A DNA stretch of 64,000 nt from Hydrurus foetidus (Eukaryota): the NCBI GenBank assembly GCA_900617105.1, contig UYFQ01000005.1, positions 496,001 to 560,000 of the forward strand, written 5' to 3'. The translations under genes were made by a program, and so were the position numbers. Positions 63,487 to 64,000 of the stretch are shown one piece after another (position 1 is the stretch's first letter; every line of letters begins with the position of its first letter). A model generated the notes under the pieces. It did no database searches, was not told where the DNA came from, and was given only the letters and a program-made list of their open reading frames with translations.

Positions 63487-64000
63487 ATGAAGTTTTACAC
63501 ATCCCCCCGCGCCCCTAGCCCACGCCGCGTCAGCATCTTTATGGCCGAAAAAGGCATCACTGGGCTGGAAGAAGTCACCATCAGCATCGCCGCCAATGCG
63601 CACAAAAGCGCGGATTTTCTTGTCAAGAACCCGCTGGCCAAAGTGCCAGCACTGGAGCTGGACGATGGCCGCATCCTGACCGAAACCCGTGCCATTTGCA
63701 CCTACCTGGAAGGCCTGTACCCCGAGCACAACCTGATGGGCGTGGACGCGACGGAACGCGCCTTCATCGAGATGGCGGATCGCCGCATTGAGTTGTATTT
63801 GTTCAGTGCTTTCGCCAACTGCATCCGCCACACCCACCCCGGTTTTGTCACGATTGAACAACCTCAGTTCCCCGAGTTTGGCGCGGCCCAAGGCGAAAAA
63901 GTGCGTGAAGTGGCCCGTTGGCTGGACGCTGAGTTGGCGCACCATCCGTTCGTAGCAGGCGAGCGTTTCACCATCGCCGACATCACGGCCTTCATTGCGC
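63487..64000 (+). CDS. Glutathione S-transferase, partial (runs off the window)
   Basis: Manual translation MKFYTSPRAPSPRRVSIFMAEKG...NPLAKVPALELDDG..LTETRAICTYLE...FTIADIT. Confidence 0.9.
   Translation, partial: MKFYTSPRAPSPRRVSIFMAEKGITGLEEVTISIAANAHKSADFLVKNPLAKVPALELDDGRILTETRAICTYLEGLYPEHNLMGVDATERAFIEMADRRIELYLFSAFANCIRHTHPGFVTIEQPQFPEFGAAQGEKVREVARWLDAELAHHPFVAGERFTIADITAFIA

Noticed and set aside
1..64000. CRISPR array, tRNA/rRNA genes, reverse transcriptase (DGR or retron) as the source of toxin diversity
   Set aside because: No regularly spaced short repeats, RNA gene signatures or RT motifs seen; the repeats differ by block swaps, not adenine-specific changes

Overview
GC-rich betaproteobacterial chromosome; the gene set and a dispersed palindromic repeat point to Comamonadaceae (Rhodoferax-like, an inference). 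About 1-28.3 kb is an accessory minus-strand locus that reads as a polymorphic toxin system. A ~2500-aa secreted protein (QW alpha/alpha-barrel repeats, carboxypeptidase-regulatory-like repeats, CARDB, FG-GAP propeller, Ig-like tail) is followed by an array of proteins with a transglutaminase-like core whose catalytic Cys is replaced by Ala. The full-length copies carry a signal peptide. Each has a different C-terminal tip (two Ntox16-like, one unassigned HRGSFQAQG tip, two hydrophobic tips), and each tip whose end lies in the window is followed by a coupled immunity-like gene, usually AT-rich. The locus also holds a 1.94-kb direct repeat, orphan cassettes and IS4/IS256 disruptions. The rest is mostly housekeeping: an FAD/FeS oxidoreductase, serA, ugpBAECQ, amn, proB, rppH, proS, hemA-prfA-prmC-grxD, aroQ, a SorT-type sulfite dehydrogenase with ECF sigma/anti-sigma, an acyl-CoA synthetase and two GSTs. 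Two small candidate defence cassettes are inserted among these genes (ABC ATPase plus PD-(D/E)xK-like protein; AbiEii pair). Both IS256 copies sit antisense near the right end of another IS. Family names are from motif recognition only; no searches were run.
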